Part shown: positions 10,617-20,158 of the stretch, piece by piece
Layout: each line of letters opens with the position of its first letter
How positions within the stretch are numbered: the stretch's first letter is position 1
Assembly: GCA_963741965.1 (NCBI GenBank)
Contig: CAVUKC010000001.1
Span: 179,008-243,007, forward strand
Direction: 5' to 3'
DNA from: an uncultured Chloroflexia bacterium
Lineage (GTDB): Bacteria; Chloroflexota; Chloroflexia; Thermomicrobiales; UBA6265
Length of the DNA: 64,000 bases
Made by a program: the position numbers and the translations under genes
Notes under the pieces: generated by a model
What the model was told of the DNA's origin: nothing
The model's database searches: none
The model's input: the letters and a program-made list of their open reading frames with translations, nothing else

Positions 10617-12020
10617 ATGCCAGAGACCAGCCACCGTCCGAAGATCGCGATGATCGGCGCGGGCGGAACGAACTTTCCCCTGCGCCTGATGGGTGATCTG
10701 CTCAGCTTCCCCGCGCTGCAGAACGCCGAGTACGCGCTGATGGACATCGACCTCGACCGTGCCGAGGCGACCGCCGCCGCCGCGCGGGACGTCGCCGCCC
10801 ACCACGGGCTGGCACCGACGATCGCCGCGACGACAGACCGGCGGGCCGCGCTGGACGGTGCCGACTACGTGATCATCACCTTCCAGGTCGGTGGGCTGGA
10901 GGCGTACCGGCACGACGTCGAGATCCCGAGGAAGTATGGACTCGATCAGACCGTCGGAGACACGCTCGGGCCGGGCGGCGTCTTCCGGTTCCTGCGCTCG
11001 GTGCCTGCGTACGATGCCATCGCGGCGGACATGCACGAGGTCTGCCCCGACGCGCTGCTGATCAACTACGCCAACCCGATGGCGATGGCCTGCTGGTACC
11101 TCGCCGCGAAGGGCATCACCGTCGTCGGGCTCTGCCACAGCGTGCAGGGCACGTCGCGCATGCTGGCGCGCTCCCTCGACGTGCCGTACGAGGAGGTGGC
11201 CTTCACCTGCGCCGGCATCAACCATCAGGCGTGGTTTCTCACCTTCCGGCGCGGTGAGGAAGATCTCTACCCGCGGCTGCGAGAGGTGATGGTCGCGCGC
11301 CATCTGCGCCGCCCGGACCGAGATGGCGACTTTGAGCGGGACACCGGCGACCACAGCGGCGCCGGGCGCGGCGACTCCGACTACGAGGGTGGGGCCGAGC
11401 GGGTGCGCACGGCGATCATGGACACGTTCGGCTACTTCCACACCGAGTCGAGCCATCACGCCAGCGAGTACACGCCGTGGTTTCGGAAGACGCCGGAGCA
11501 CGTCTCGCGCTTCATCGAGAATCGATGGGACTATTACCAGATATGCCTCGCGCGGGATTTCGCGACGCAGACGGCGCAGGTCCGCGAGCGCCTGATGGAG
11601 CGGCTCGAGCGGTCGGTGGAGTACGGCGCGCTGATCGTCAACGCGATGGAGACGGGCGAGCCGGTGGTGATCCACGGCAACGTCGTCAATGAGGGGCTGA
11701 TCGACAACCTGCCGGAAGGGTGCTGCGTCGAGGTCGCCTGCCTCGTCGATGACAACGGCGTCCAGCCGACCCATGTCGGGGCGCTGCCGCCGCAGTGCGC
11801 GGCGCTGAACCGGACGAACGTCAACGTGCAGGAGCTGGCGGTATCGGCGGCGCTGGAGGGGAATCGGGAGCGGGTGTACCAGGCGATCGCGCTCGACCCG
11901 CTCACCGGGGCGGTGCTGACGCTGGACGAGATCCGGGCGATGACGGACGAGCTCTTCGTCGCGGAGGCGGAATGGCTGCCGGAGGCGCTCAGGCCGAGAA
12001 TGTCAGGGATCGCCTCATAG
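10617..12020 (+). CDS. GH4 alpha-galactosidase/alpha-glucosidase (NAD/Mn dependent)
   Basis: KIAMIGAGGTNFP Rossmann start, INYANPMA and GLCHSVQG motifs typical of GH4 (MelA/AglA type). Confidence 0.85.
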   Translation: MPETSHRPKIAMIGAGGTNFPLRLMGDLLSFPALQNAEYALMDIDLDRAEATAAAARDVAAHHGLAPTIAATTDRRAALDGADYVIITFQVGGLEAYRHDVEIPRKYGLDQTVGDTLGPGGVFRFLRSVPAYDAIAADMHEVCPDALLINYANPMAMACWYLAAKGITVVGLCHSVQGTSRMLARSLDVPYEEVAFTCAGINHQAWFLTFRRGEEDLYPRLREVMVARHLRRPDRDGDFERDTGDHSGAGRGDSDYEGGAERVRTAIMDTFGYFHTESSHHASEYTPWFRKTPEHVSRFIENRWDYYQICLARDFATQTAQVRERLMERLERSVEYGALIVNAMETGEPVVIHGNVVNEGLIDNLPEGCCVEVACLVDDNGVQPTHVGALPPQCAALNRTNVNVQELAVSAALEGNRERVYQAIALDPLTGAVLTLDEIRAMTDELFVAEAEWLPEALRPRMSGIAS

Positions 12021-12045
12021 TCCCGCCGACCGCCCCACGACAGTC

Positions 12046-12072
12046 AGGTGGGCCCGGGTCTCCGTGCCCGAG
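12046..12072. repeat. Repeat family B, copy 2 (diverged)
   Basis: aggtgggcccgggtctccgtgcccgagc. Confidence 0.6.
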
Positions 12073-12140
12073 CATTTCGGTTGCCCCACGAAGCGGTCAG
12101 CGGCAACTGTCACGGATCGATTGCTGGCGGGGATGACGCG

Positions 12141-12166
12141 CCCGCCCACGGAGGGGCGGGCCCACC
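12141..12166. repeat. Repeat family A, copy 2
   Basis: Identical 26-mer cccgcccacggaggggcgggcccacc. Confidence 0.85.
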
Positions 12167-12168
12167 GG

Positions 12169-12237
12169 TTGTTGCGAGCAGTAGCGTAGGGGCTGGGCTC
12201 TGTCCCAGCCCGGTGGGCGCGTAGCGACCACAATCTC
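12169..12237. repeat. Repeat family C, copy 1 (about 70 bp)
   Basis: Contains gtaggggctgggctctgtcccagcccggtgg. Its reverse complement recurs at 54004-54074 with a 31-nt identical core. Confidence 0.8.
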
Positions 12238-12378
12238 CGGGATATGCATCGATTGTACGGAGACGTGCGCCCACCGGATGTCGGTGGATCGGGAGGTCGT
12301 AGATGTGTCATTGCTCGGGTTGGGCACACCGGGGCATCGCTGGCAGCCGAGGGACATGGCGGAGATAGGTGCTTCGTC

Positions 12379-13821
12379 TCAGGTACCGGACCATTCCTGG
12401 CGGAGGACGTCCAGCTTGTCGTCGCTGAGATAGCCGTACCGCTGGATCCAGACACCTTCCTGGGAGTAGGGGCGCACGGCGTCGAGGACCATTGCGAGGT
12501 CGTCCGCCGACCGGTAGGCGTGAACGACCGGCATGATCGGCGCCTGGTTGTCGCGCCGGGACAGTGCATTGACCAGCCGGTGCGTGTAGGAACCCGGGAT
12601 CAGGTTGTGCGACGTGTCCGGCAGCGGCATCCCGAAAACCCCTGGCGTGAGGTCGATGGGCGCTTCCTCCAGCTCGAGATCGAAGAATCTCAGGAAGCCC
12701 TGGGTGAGCGCTTCGGGCTGGACGTCCGAGCCGCGGTTCCACGAGAGTATCGTCTCGGTCCACCAGCGGACCATCATCAGCCAGTGGAAGCTGTAGAGCT
12801 TGACCCGCTGCGCATCGACCGCACCATCCGCGCGGGCGTGCGCCGCGCCGCTCATCCGTCCCCATGGCAGCGCGAAGCCGCCGGCGGCGATGGTCATGTT
12901 GGACGCGCCGGCGTCGTCCATGGTGGCGCGGAGATCGGCGATCGCGAGCTCGACCGAGTCCGACTTGAACTCCAGCCAGTCGATCAGGCCCTGCTGCATG
13001 CTGGCCGGGTCCGCCACGAGATCGCCCCAGTCACCCGACGCGGTCATCGCGACGACAGCGTCGTTGGTCAGCGTGTGGAGCGAGTCCCACAGCACGCGGA
13101 CCGCGCCGGTGATCTGCTGCCAGTCGTAGCCGAGGTCGGTGGCCTGCCGCTGGCAGTGCTCGCAAAAACAGGTGAACAGCTTGTCGATGAAGTAGACGGG
13201 ATACTCGACCCAGTCGAGCTCGACGCCGTCGGCGTCACCGTAATGGCGGAGCAGCTCGCGCATGCGGGTACGTCCGAGGCGGCGCACGACCGGGTTGTTG
13301 AGGCAGCCGGTGAAGGCGATGGCATCGGGGTGGCTGCCTCCGATGAACCGCCGTGGGCGGTACTCGTCTCGCAGCTCGGTCGAGAAGGTGGTGGCGTCCT
13401 GGCCACCAGTTCCGCCGGGAAGCACATACGGGGTGAGATGGACGTAGGTGCGGAGTCCGCGCTCGCGGGCGCCGTCGAGCGCCTGTCGCGCGTAGTCGAC
13501 GCGCATGGCTTCCGGCGCTACTGGCGGTGGGTCCCACGGCAGGTCTTGCCAGAGCGATGGGTCCGCTGCGTGGGCGCTGTAGCGATGAAGGTTGACGACG
13601 CGCTTGCCCCACAGCGGCCGGTCGAGGATGCGCGCCTGCCCCGCGATGTCGAGCGGTGGCTCGCGCAAACCCTCGCCTGACGGCGCCTCGACGGTGACGT
13701 TCGTCGAGGTGGTCAGCGCGTTGGCGCCTGCGCGTGTGAGGTTGTCCAGGACCGTGTCGACACCCTCACTGGCGAGCTCGCCCGTGGTGATGGTGATACC
13801 GCGTTCCGCGTTGGTCGGCAT
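12379..13821 (-). CDS. Hypothetical protein, possible glycoside-hydrolase-like TIM barrel (GHL10-like)
   Basis: 480-aa ORF. VELDWVEYPVYF...FTCFCEHCQRQ resembles the DY.RYP...C.C..C signature of GHL10/YddW-type proteins. It sits in a carbohydrate context. No search was run. Confidence 0.4.
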   Translation of the reverse strand: MPTNAERGITITTGELASEGVDTVLDNLTRAGANALTTSTNVTVEAPSGEGLREPPLDIAGQARILDRPLWGKRVVNLHRYSAHAADPSLWQDLPWDPPPVAPEAMRVDYARQALDGARERGLRTYVHLTPYVLPGGTGGQDATTFSTELRDEYRPRRFIGGSHPDAIAFTGCLNNPVVRRLGRTRMRELLRHYGDADGVELDWVEYPVYFIDKLFTCFCEHCQRQATDLGYDWQQITGAVRVLWDSLHTLTNDAVVAMTASGDWGDLVADPASMQQGLIDWLEFKSDSVELAIADLRATMDDAGASNMTIAAGGFALPWGRMSGAAHARADGAVDAQRVKLYSFHWLMMVRWWTETILSWNRGSDVQPEALTQGFLRFFDLELEEAPIDLTPGVFGMPLPDTSHNLIPGSYTHRLVNALSRRDNQAPIMPVVHAYRSADDLAMVLDAVRPYSQEGVWIQRYGYLSDDKLDVLRQEWSGT

Positions 13822-14013
13822 GCGAACCTCCGTGGAAGGGACCGTCTCGTTGCCCGGCGCGTCCGGATCGGAGCGCCGGGCGGTGCGAATGTGATACGTG
13901 TTCAGCGTGCGTGGGCCCCACTATTCAGCATGGTACACCCTCGCAGGTGGCTTGCCATGCCTGTCAACAGGGACGGCTCGAATGAGCCTGTTCACGACAC
14001 TGGGCAAACGGAG

Positions 14014-14057
14014 AGCCGGGCTGGATTCGCCCCTCATCACGCGAATCCAGCCCGGCT
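14014..14057 (-). terminator. Strong hairpin downstream of the XRE gene
   Basis: Perfect 17-bp stem agccgggctggattcgc / gcgaatccagcccggct with a 10-nt loop, 50 nt past the XRE stop. Confidence 0.5.
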
Positions 14058-14106
14058 GCACGTCTTGACCGGCGGTGGTGGGGAGGCACCGCCAGCGGTG
14101 TTCAGG

Positions 14107-14400
14107 CTATTCGACAGGCGCACCGTCCGTGTCGCCCTGGGCCTCTTCCACGGCGAAGATCGTCGGCTGGGGCAGCGCCATCATCCTGGCGGCCTCGGCG
14201 AACTCGACGATTTCGGACGGCTGCATCTCCAGCGCCTCAGCCAGGCGCCTGGCAACATGCGGGCGTGGGCCGGACTTGCCCAGCTCGATTTGTGAGACGG
14301 TCACCCGTGCCACGCCGGCACGATCTGCCAAAGCCTGTTGCGACAGATGCCGCTCTTGCCGCGCCTCCCGGAGCGTCAGCATCGTACTTCTCTCCCTCAT
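14107..14400 (-). CDS. XRE-family helix-turn-helix transcriptional regulator
   Basis: LTLREARQERHLSQQALADRAGVARVTVSQIELGK is a classic HTH_3 pattern. An alternative start at 14382 has better RBS spacing. Confidence 0.8.
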   Translation of the reverse strand: MRERSTMLTLREARQERHLSQQALADRAGVARVTVSQIELGKSGPRPHVARRLAEALEMQPSEIVEFAEAARMMALPQPTIFAVEEAQGDTDGAPVE

Positions 14401-14555
14401 CCCTCCCAAGGTGTCCGCCGACCTGCGGGGTACACGGGGTGTCGGCGGACCGAGTCTGCGGTCGACTCGCCCCGCTACTGAATGTATGGAACCGGAGCGG
14501 GGTTGCACAGGTGACCGTACGGCTTTTTCTGAAGCGAGGATGAAATTGGCCGATC

Positions 14556-14568
14556 GTACAGTCTGTAC
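14556..14568. promoter_or_regulatory. Candidate operator palindrome in the XRE / aminopeptidase divergent intergenic region
   Basis: GTACAG-T-CTGTAC is a perfect palindrome in the 326-bp divergent region. Confidence 0.25.
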
Positions 14569-14726
14569 AACCATCCTGGGCGATTCCGGCGGCCAAATGT
14601 TGTCGCACGCGGCGATCCGGACGCGGAGCGGTCAGCGACGCAACTGGTACCATCCCCACCAGCGATGACGCCGACGTGCCTGCTGGCGTGCCAGCGAGGC
14701 AAGTACTTTGGAAGGAAGGCAAACGC

Positions 14727-15830
14727 ATGGCCGATCCACGCATGGAGCGGTGGGCGCAGGCGCTCACGGGTTACTCGGTTGAGGTGCAGCCGGGACAGGT
14801 GGTGGCGATCAGCGGCGGCAGCGCCGCCGAGCCTCTGCTGACGGAGATCTACCGGGAGGTGGTCGAGCGGGGCGGTCACCCGGTGCTGGTGCCGTCGATG
14901 CGCGGTGCGGTGCCGACGCTGCTTCAGCTTGGCACGGACGCGCAGCTGCAGTACATCACACCGATCGAGCGCTTCGTCCGCGAGCAGGCGGACATCGTTA
15001 TCAACGTGATGGCGGAAACGAACACGCGCGGCATGGCGAACGTCGAGCCGGCGCGCCAGTCGCTTTACCAGAAGGCGCGGAGGCCGCTGTTCGAGCGGTT
15101 CATGGAGCGCGCCGGCAGCGGTGAGATGGACTGGACGCTGACGCTGTATCCGACCGACGCCTACGCTCAGGACGCCGACATGGACACGGCGTCCTACACC
15201 GACTTCGTGCTCGCGGCGTGCAAGCTCGATCGGGATGACCCGGTGCAGGCGTGGCTCGATCTCAAGGCGGAGCAGCAGCGGCTGATCGACTGGCTCGATG
15301 GCAGGAAGCAGGTCCACCTGACCGGCCCGGACATCGACCTGACGCTGTCGATCGAAGGGCGCACCTGGGTCAACAGCGACGGCAAGCGCAACTTCCCCTC
15401 CGGCGAGATCTTCACCGGACCGGTGGAGGACTCGGTCAACGGCACCATCCGGTTCAGCTTCCCGGTGGTGACGAGTGGCCGCGAGATCGACGACATCCGG
15501 CTGCGGTTCGAGAACGGCAAGGTGGTCGCGGCCTCGGCGACGAAGAACGAGGACTACCTCCTGGAGCAGCTCGACAGCGACGAGGGCGCGCGCTATCTCG
15601 GCGAATTCGCCTTCGGCACGAACTTCGATATCCAGCAGTTCACGCGCAACATCCTGTTCGACGAGAAGATCGGCGGCACGGTGCACATGGCGCTCGGGCT
15701 CGGCTACCCGGAGACGGGCAGCACGAACAAGAGCGCGATCCACTGGGACATGATCGCGGACCTCCGCCAGGGCGGGCAGGTGGACGTCGACGGCGAGCCC
15801 TTCATGCGCGACGGCCGCTTCGTCGTGTAG
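14727..15830 (+). CDS. M29 family aminopeptidase (AmpS/PepS, aminopeptidase T type)
   Basis: MADPRMERWAQALTGYSVEVQPGQ start preceded by ggaagg. EIFTGP, FAFGTN and HMALG motifs of thermophilic metalloprotease M29. Confidence 0.85.
   Translation: MADPRMERWAQALTGYSVEVQPGQVVAISGGSAAEPLLTEIYREVVERGGHPVLVPSMRGAVPTLLQLGTDAQLQYITPIERFVREQADIVINVMAETNTRGMANVEPARQSLYQKARRPLFERFMERAGSGEMDWTLTLYPTDAYAQDADMDTASYTDFVLAACKLDRDDPVQAWLDLKAEQQRLIDWLDGRKQVHLTGPDIDLTLSIEGRTWVNSDGKRNFPSGEIFTGPVEDSVNGTIRFSFPVVTSGREIDDIRLRFENGKVVAASATKNEDYLLEQLDSDEGARYLGEFAFGTNFDIQQFTRNILFDEKIGGTVHMALGLGYPETGSTNKSAIHWDMIADLRQGGQVDVDGEPFMRDGRFVV
15766..15830 (+). repeat. Direct repeat, left copy (last 21 codons plus stop of the aminopeptidase)
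   Basis: The 65 nt recur at 16659-16723 with 2 mismatches, at an offset of 893 bp. Confidence 0.9.
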
Positions 15831-15912
15831 ATCCTGGTGTGATGAATGGCTGCATAATGGAGACGAATCTTCTCGTCTGACTGTCGTCACTTCACCGCCG
15901 GAGCGCAGGACC

Positions 15913-16266
15913 GTGGTACACGCATCGCATCAGCTGGAGTTGCCGGAGATCCCGACTGCCATCCGCGACCGGATCGTTCCATACCACCGTGGGTTCGATA
16001 TCCTGGAGCATCTGCGAGCGCTCGAAGTGGACCATCGGGGTTTGCTCGACGCCATCGTGCAAACCATTGACATGCTGGAGTCGTACCCAGGCGTTGAGTC
16101 CACAACCGTCGACTACGATGAAGACGACGTGGTGTATCCGGTGACTGTATGGGTGCGAACGGTGTATGCGGGTGAGGAGCGGTTTCGGCACATCCTCATC
16201 CTCGAGAACAAGGCGGAAGAGATGCTTCGGAACTACCCGGAGCTCGTGCTGGTGGCCATTCTGTGA
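15913..16266 (+). CDS. Hypothetical protein, upstream partner of the HEPN gene (candidate antitoxin)
   Basis: 117-aa ORF ending 6 nt before the HEPN ORF. GC is lower than the flanks. No canonical MNT GS...DxD motif is visible. Confidence 0.5.
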   Translation: MVHASHQLELPEIPTAIRDRIVPYHRGFDILEHLRALEVDHRGLLDAIVQTIDMLESYPGVESTTVDYDEDDVVYPVTVWVRTVYAGEERFRHILILENKAEEMLRNYPELVLVAIL

Positions 16267-16272
16267 GTCGCC

Positions 16273-16647
16273 ATGTTTGACCCGAGGCGGTATCTTTCGC
16301 TGGCGGAACATGTGCTTGCCGCGAGTGAAGACGAGGCCGCTTGGCGATCGGCACTGAGTCGTGCCTACTATGCCGCGTTCCTTGTCGCTCGCGAGTATGT
16401 CGATGGGCGAGGAATCAAAGGGCGCGCCCGATCAGGACGACGCCTGGGCTCTCACGAGCGCGTAATCTTCTCTGTAGGCGCGATTCCTGACGAAATGTCG
16501 AGCACGATGCGGAATACGCTTTTCAGGTTGAAGCGGCTACGCACGAATGCCGATTATGACCTCGACTATGTCGACGCGCAGGAACATATCGGCGAGGCGC
16601 TGGAGGACGCCGAGCGAGTGATCGCCTGGATCGACGGTCTTGTGTAA
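16273..16647 (+). CDS. HEPN-domain protein (UPF0332-like), candidate toxin
   Basis: 124 aa. AYYAAFLVAREYV helix, RRLGSH (Rx4H) and C-terminal RLRTNADYD, as in UPF0332/HEPN proteins. Confidence 0.6.
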   Translation: MFDPRRYLSLAEHVLAASEDEAAWRSALSRAYYAAFLVAREYVDGRGIKGRARSGRRLGSHERVIFSVGAIPDEMSSTMRNTLFRLKRLRTNADYDLDYVDAQEHIGEALEDAERVIAWIDGLV

Positions 16648-16658
16648 CGTCGTCCTGC

Positions 16659-16723
16659 GCCGGGGCGGGCAGGTCGACGTCGACGGCGAGCCCTTCATGC
16701 GCGACGGCCGCTTCGTCGTGTAG
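16659..16723 (+). repeat. Direct repeat, right copy (orphan copy of the aminopeptidase 3' end)
   Basis: ggcgggcaggtCgacgtcgacggcgagcccttcatgcgcgacggccgcttcgtcgtgtag. It would encode ...VDVDGEPFMRDGRFVV-stop. Confidence 0.9.
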
Positions 16724-16750
16724 CGACGGTCACCACGTGGGGGTGTGGCC

Positions 16751-18104
16751 TCAGGCGCTGGTCGGTGGTTGAAGCGTGCCGACCTCGTCGGCGAGCCATG
16801 GCTCGTCGGTGGCCGAGCGGGAACCCGCGGCGTTGATCCTCGCGCCCGGCGGCGGCAGGACCTCGCCGCGCAGCAACGGATCGTCCGTCTCCTCCATCCA
16901 TCGCAACAGCCGCGCGAGCAGGTCGTCGCGGATGTCGCGGTAATCCGCACGGTCGGCGACGTTCACGCGCTCGTGCGGGTCGTACACGGTGTCGTGGAGT
17001 GCGATTTCGGGGAGCTCGATGTCCTCGAGCCCTGCCTCCAGCAGCACGTCCCGGCTCGGGCTGTCGTCGATGTTGGCCAGCACCGGCGTGCGGCGATCGC
17101 CAAAGCGGCGGATCAGCGCGTACCTCTCCGTGCGGATCAGCCGCTGCGGCTCGTAGGCGGCGTGGTAGGTGACCTCCGCGAAAACCTCGTCGCGGGTCGA
17201 CGCGACCTCTCCGCTGATGAGTGGCAGCAGCGAATGACCTTGCAGCCAGGCCGGCCGCTCGATGCCGGCGAGCTCGCAGATGGTGGGGTAGAGGTCGAGC
17301 TGCGCGACCAGCGCGTCGCTGACCACGCCGCCCTCGAACCCGCCCGGTCCGCGCATGATCAGCAGCACGCCGACGCCGTGGTCGGTGAGGTTGCTCTTCA
17401 TCATCGGGAAGGCGATGCCGTGGTCGGTGGTGGCGATCACGAGCGTGTTGTCGGCAAGTCCCGAATCGTCGAGCGCGGCGAGGATCTCGCCGTAGGCGTC
17501 GTCGAGATCGGTCAGCATCTGCTGGTAGCCGGCCATATCCTGTCGAATACGCGGCGTGTCGGGCAGCGGCGCGGGCGGAGCGAGGTAGCGGCCGGCGTCG
17601 CCCAGGTGCTTCAGGGAAGGGCCGGTGCGTCTCGAAGAAGCCGGCGTCGAGGAAGAACGGCTGGCCCGGCTGTGACGCCGCCTCGCGAATCGTCGCGACC
17701 GATGCCTCGACTGTCTTCGGCGTCTTCTCGTACGCCTCGTCATGTACCTCGGTGTAACCCACCTCATGGGAGTCGCCGTCGGTTACGTGCTGCGCACCGG
17801 CAAGCACGGTGCGGTACCCGGCGTCGCGCAGGGTGGTGGCGAGGTGTTGGGAGGGATCGCGAAGGCGGAAGCCACGGTGGGCGAGACCCATCATGCCGCT
17901 CTGATGCGCCGACTGGCCGGTGAGCATGCTGGCGCGACTGGGCGAGCAGGTCGGCGCGCCGGAGTACGCGCGGCGGAAGAGGACGCCCTGCTCGGCCAGC
18001 CGCTGCAGGTTCGGGGAGTGCAGGCCGTGACCGTACGGCTGGATGTATCGCCCGGTGTCGTGCGAATGCAGGTAGAGGATGTTCGGTCGGGCGGTGTCGG
18101 GCAT
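16751..18104 (-). pseudogene. Sulfatase (formylglycine type), interrupted by a +1 frameshift near 17615
   Basis: N-terminal frame has NILYLHSHD and CSPSRASMLTG up to ETHRPF. The C-terminal frame continues LKHLGDAGRYLAPPAPLPDTP...TTDHG. The span is 1354 nt (1 mod 3). Confidence 0.8.
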
Positions 18105-18191
18105 CGGCTGTGGCTCCATTCCGGGTGATCTGATCGCTCGTCCCATCCTCGTTCGCAGGGTGTGTGCTCGTCAACGGTCGGCGGGCAACGA

Positions 18192-19448
18192 TCAGGCGCC
18201 GGTGGGTGTGGAACGTGCCGGCATGCTGACGGACCGGGTCGCGTCCATTTCGCGCAGTGCGGGGGTGAAGGTCATGGCGACGACGGCCGTGAGGTAGATG
18301 GTGCCGACTACAAGGATGAATGGCTGGATGCCCATCCACTCGACAAGGTAGCCGCCGGCGAGCTGCCCGAGCGGGATCGCGACGAACGCGATCGCCGTGG
18401 TGGTGCCGAAGACCCGCGCGCGATACTGCACCGGTACCAGCTCCTGCCGGATCGACATCAGGATCGGGTTGACCGGCCCGCTCGCGAGCCCCATCACCAG
18501 CATCGCCGTGAGAGCGAGCGGCCACGACGGCGCTGCCGAGAGTGCGACGTAGCCGAGCCCCATGATGAAGAACCCGGTGATGAACGTCGGTCGCCGGGGC
18601 AGGCGTCCCGCGACGATGCTGAACAGAATCGTGCCCACCACCGCGCCCGCGCCGAAGGTGCTGAACAGGATGCCGAGCCGCTCGGCGCCGCCATAGTGCT
18701 CGTTGACCAGCGCTGGCATCTCGACGGTCGCGAACGGCGCGTCGAGCAGGTTCATCAGGGCGACGATGCAGGCAAGCCAGAGCATGATCGGTCGCTGGCG
18801 GATGAAGCGGAAGCCGAAGAGTACGTTCTGCCGGAACGACTGCGGTCCGTGCTCGGCGTCGGACGGGGCGGTGACGGCAGGGATGAAGGCGACGGTGAGC
18901 AGCGCCGAGAGGCCGAAGACGACGGCGTTGACCCAGAGGACGTCGCTGGTGCCGACCAGCGCGATGAGGAAACCGGCGGCGACCGGACCGATGAACATCG
19001 AGAGCCGGCGCGCACCCTGGAAGAAGGCGTTGACGCGGTCGAGCCCGATGCCGGCGGCCTCGGCGAGCTCGGGTACCATCGCGTCCTTGGCGGTGGCGCC
19101 GGGGCCGTCGAAGAACGCGCCGAGGATCACCAGCACGATCAGCCAGCCGAAGGTGAGGTGGCCGCTCGCATAGAGCAGCGGGATGCCCATCACGGAGATA
19201 CCGCTGAGCAGATCGGAGGTGACGCTGGCGCTGCGGAAGCCGATGCGGTCCACCACCTGCCCGCCGAGGAAGGTCGCGACGACGCGCGGCAGAAAGGTGA
19301 AGAAGCCAATGAGACCCATGCGGGCGTAGCTGCCGGTCAGCTCCAGCACGAACCAGGGGATGGCGACCATCGCGACCGCCTCGGCGATGTACGAGAGGGC
19401 GTTGGCGGCGAGGAGCGCGTAGATCGGCAGGCGCGTTCGGGCAGGCAT
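18192..19448 (-). CDS. MFS transporter
   Basis: 418 aa from MPARTRLPIYALL with about 12 hydrophobic segments. The start overlaps the ArsR stop (ATGA). Confidence 0.8.
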   Translation of the reverse strand: MPARTRLPIYALLAANALSYIAEAVAMVAIPWFVLELTGSYARMGLIGFFTFLPRVVATFLGGQVVDRIGFRSASVTSDLLSGISVMGIPLLYASGHLTFGWLIVLVILGAFFDGPGATAKDAMVPELAEAAGIGLDRVNAFFQGARRLSMFIGPVAAGFLIALVGTSDVLWVNAVVFGLSALLTVAFIPAVTAPSDAEHGPQSFRQNVLFGFRFIRQRPIMLWLACIVALMNLLDAPFATVEMPALVNEHYGGAERLGILFSTFGAGAVVGTILFSIVAGRLPRRPTFITGFFIMGLGYVALSAAPSWPLALTAMLVMGLASGPVNPILMSIRQELVPVQYRARVFGTTTAIAFVAIPLGQLAGGYLVEWMGIQPFILVVGTIYLTAVVAMTFTPALREMDATRSVSMPARSTPTGA

Positions 19449-20017
19449 CAGCGCTCTCCGGGGAAGCGGTAGGTGGCGGCGATGAACGCCGTCGTCGGGG
19501 CGTCGGGATCGCCCTCCAGGGGGGCCTCCGGCGAGCCCCAGTACTCCGCGATAAGCGCCTGAAGCTTCGCGTCGAACTCGGCCAGTCGTTCGGGGGAGAG
19601 CCTGGCGCGGCGACCTTCCCAGCTCGGGCCGGGCTCGGGCCAGAGGGTCGCGCTGGCGGAGATTTCCTGCGTGTACGAGGCGAATATCGCGCCGGCGAGC
19701 GGGGCGATGCTCGCCTCGCCCGGACCCGGCCGGAAGCCGTAGAGGCGGGCGGTGGCGCGGTAGTACTTCTCGACGTTGCCGCCACGGATACGCTGCTCGA
19801 CGAGGCGGATCAGCCCGGCGTCGAGCAGCGTGCGGACATGGTGCAGCACCTTGGCCTGTGGCTCGCCGATGGTCTCGGCCAGTTGCTGGTTCGTCGCCTC
19901 GCGGTCGGCGAGGATGCGCAGGATGCGGCTCCGGAGCGGATCGCTGAACGCCTTGAGCTGCTTCTGGTCGGTGATGACGATGAAAGGTTCCGGCGTGAAG
20001 GGCGTGGGATCGGACAT
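19448..20017 (-). CDS. ArsR-family winged-helix transcriptional regulator
   Basis: LKAFSDPLRSRILRILADREATNQQLAETIGEPQAKVLHHVRTLLDAGLI is an ArsR HTH pattern. It is translationally coupled to the MFS gene. Confidence 0.8.
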   Translation of the reverse strand: MSDPTPFTPEPFIVITDQKQLKAFSDPLRSRILRILADREATNQQLAETIGEPQAKVLHHVRTLLDAGLIRLVEQRIRGGNVEKYYRATARLYGFRPGPGEASIAPLAGAIFASYTQEISASATLWPEPGPSWEGRRARLSPERLAEFDAKLQALIAEYWGSPEAPLEGDPDAPTTAFIAATYRFPGER

Positions 20018-20044
20018 CAGAGACGCTCCTGGGAAGTGCCATTC

Positions 20045-20056
20045 GATATGCATATC
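20045..20056. promoter_or_regulatory. Candidate ArsR operator
   Basis: Perfect 12-bp palindrome GATATGCATATC in an AT-richer patch about 30 nt upstream of the MSDPT start. Confidence 0.3.
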
Positions 20057-20158
20057 CTATGCGATTGGGAAATACTAATCAACCCCACGTCAATGGCCGC
20101 GTAGTCGCCATCGGGTACCATCGATCATTGATCATGTTCGCCGCCGACTGGAGCACCG

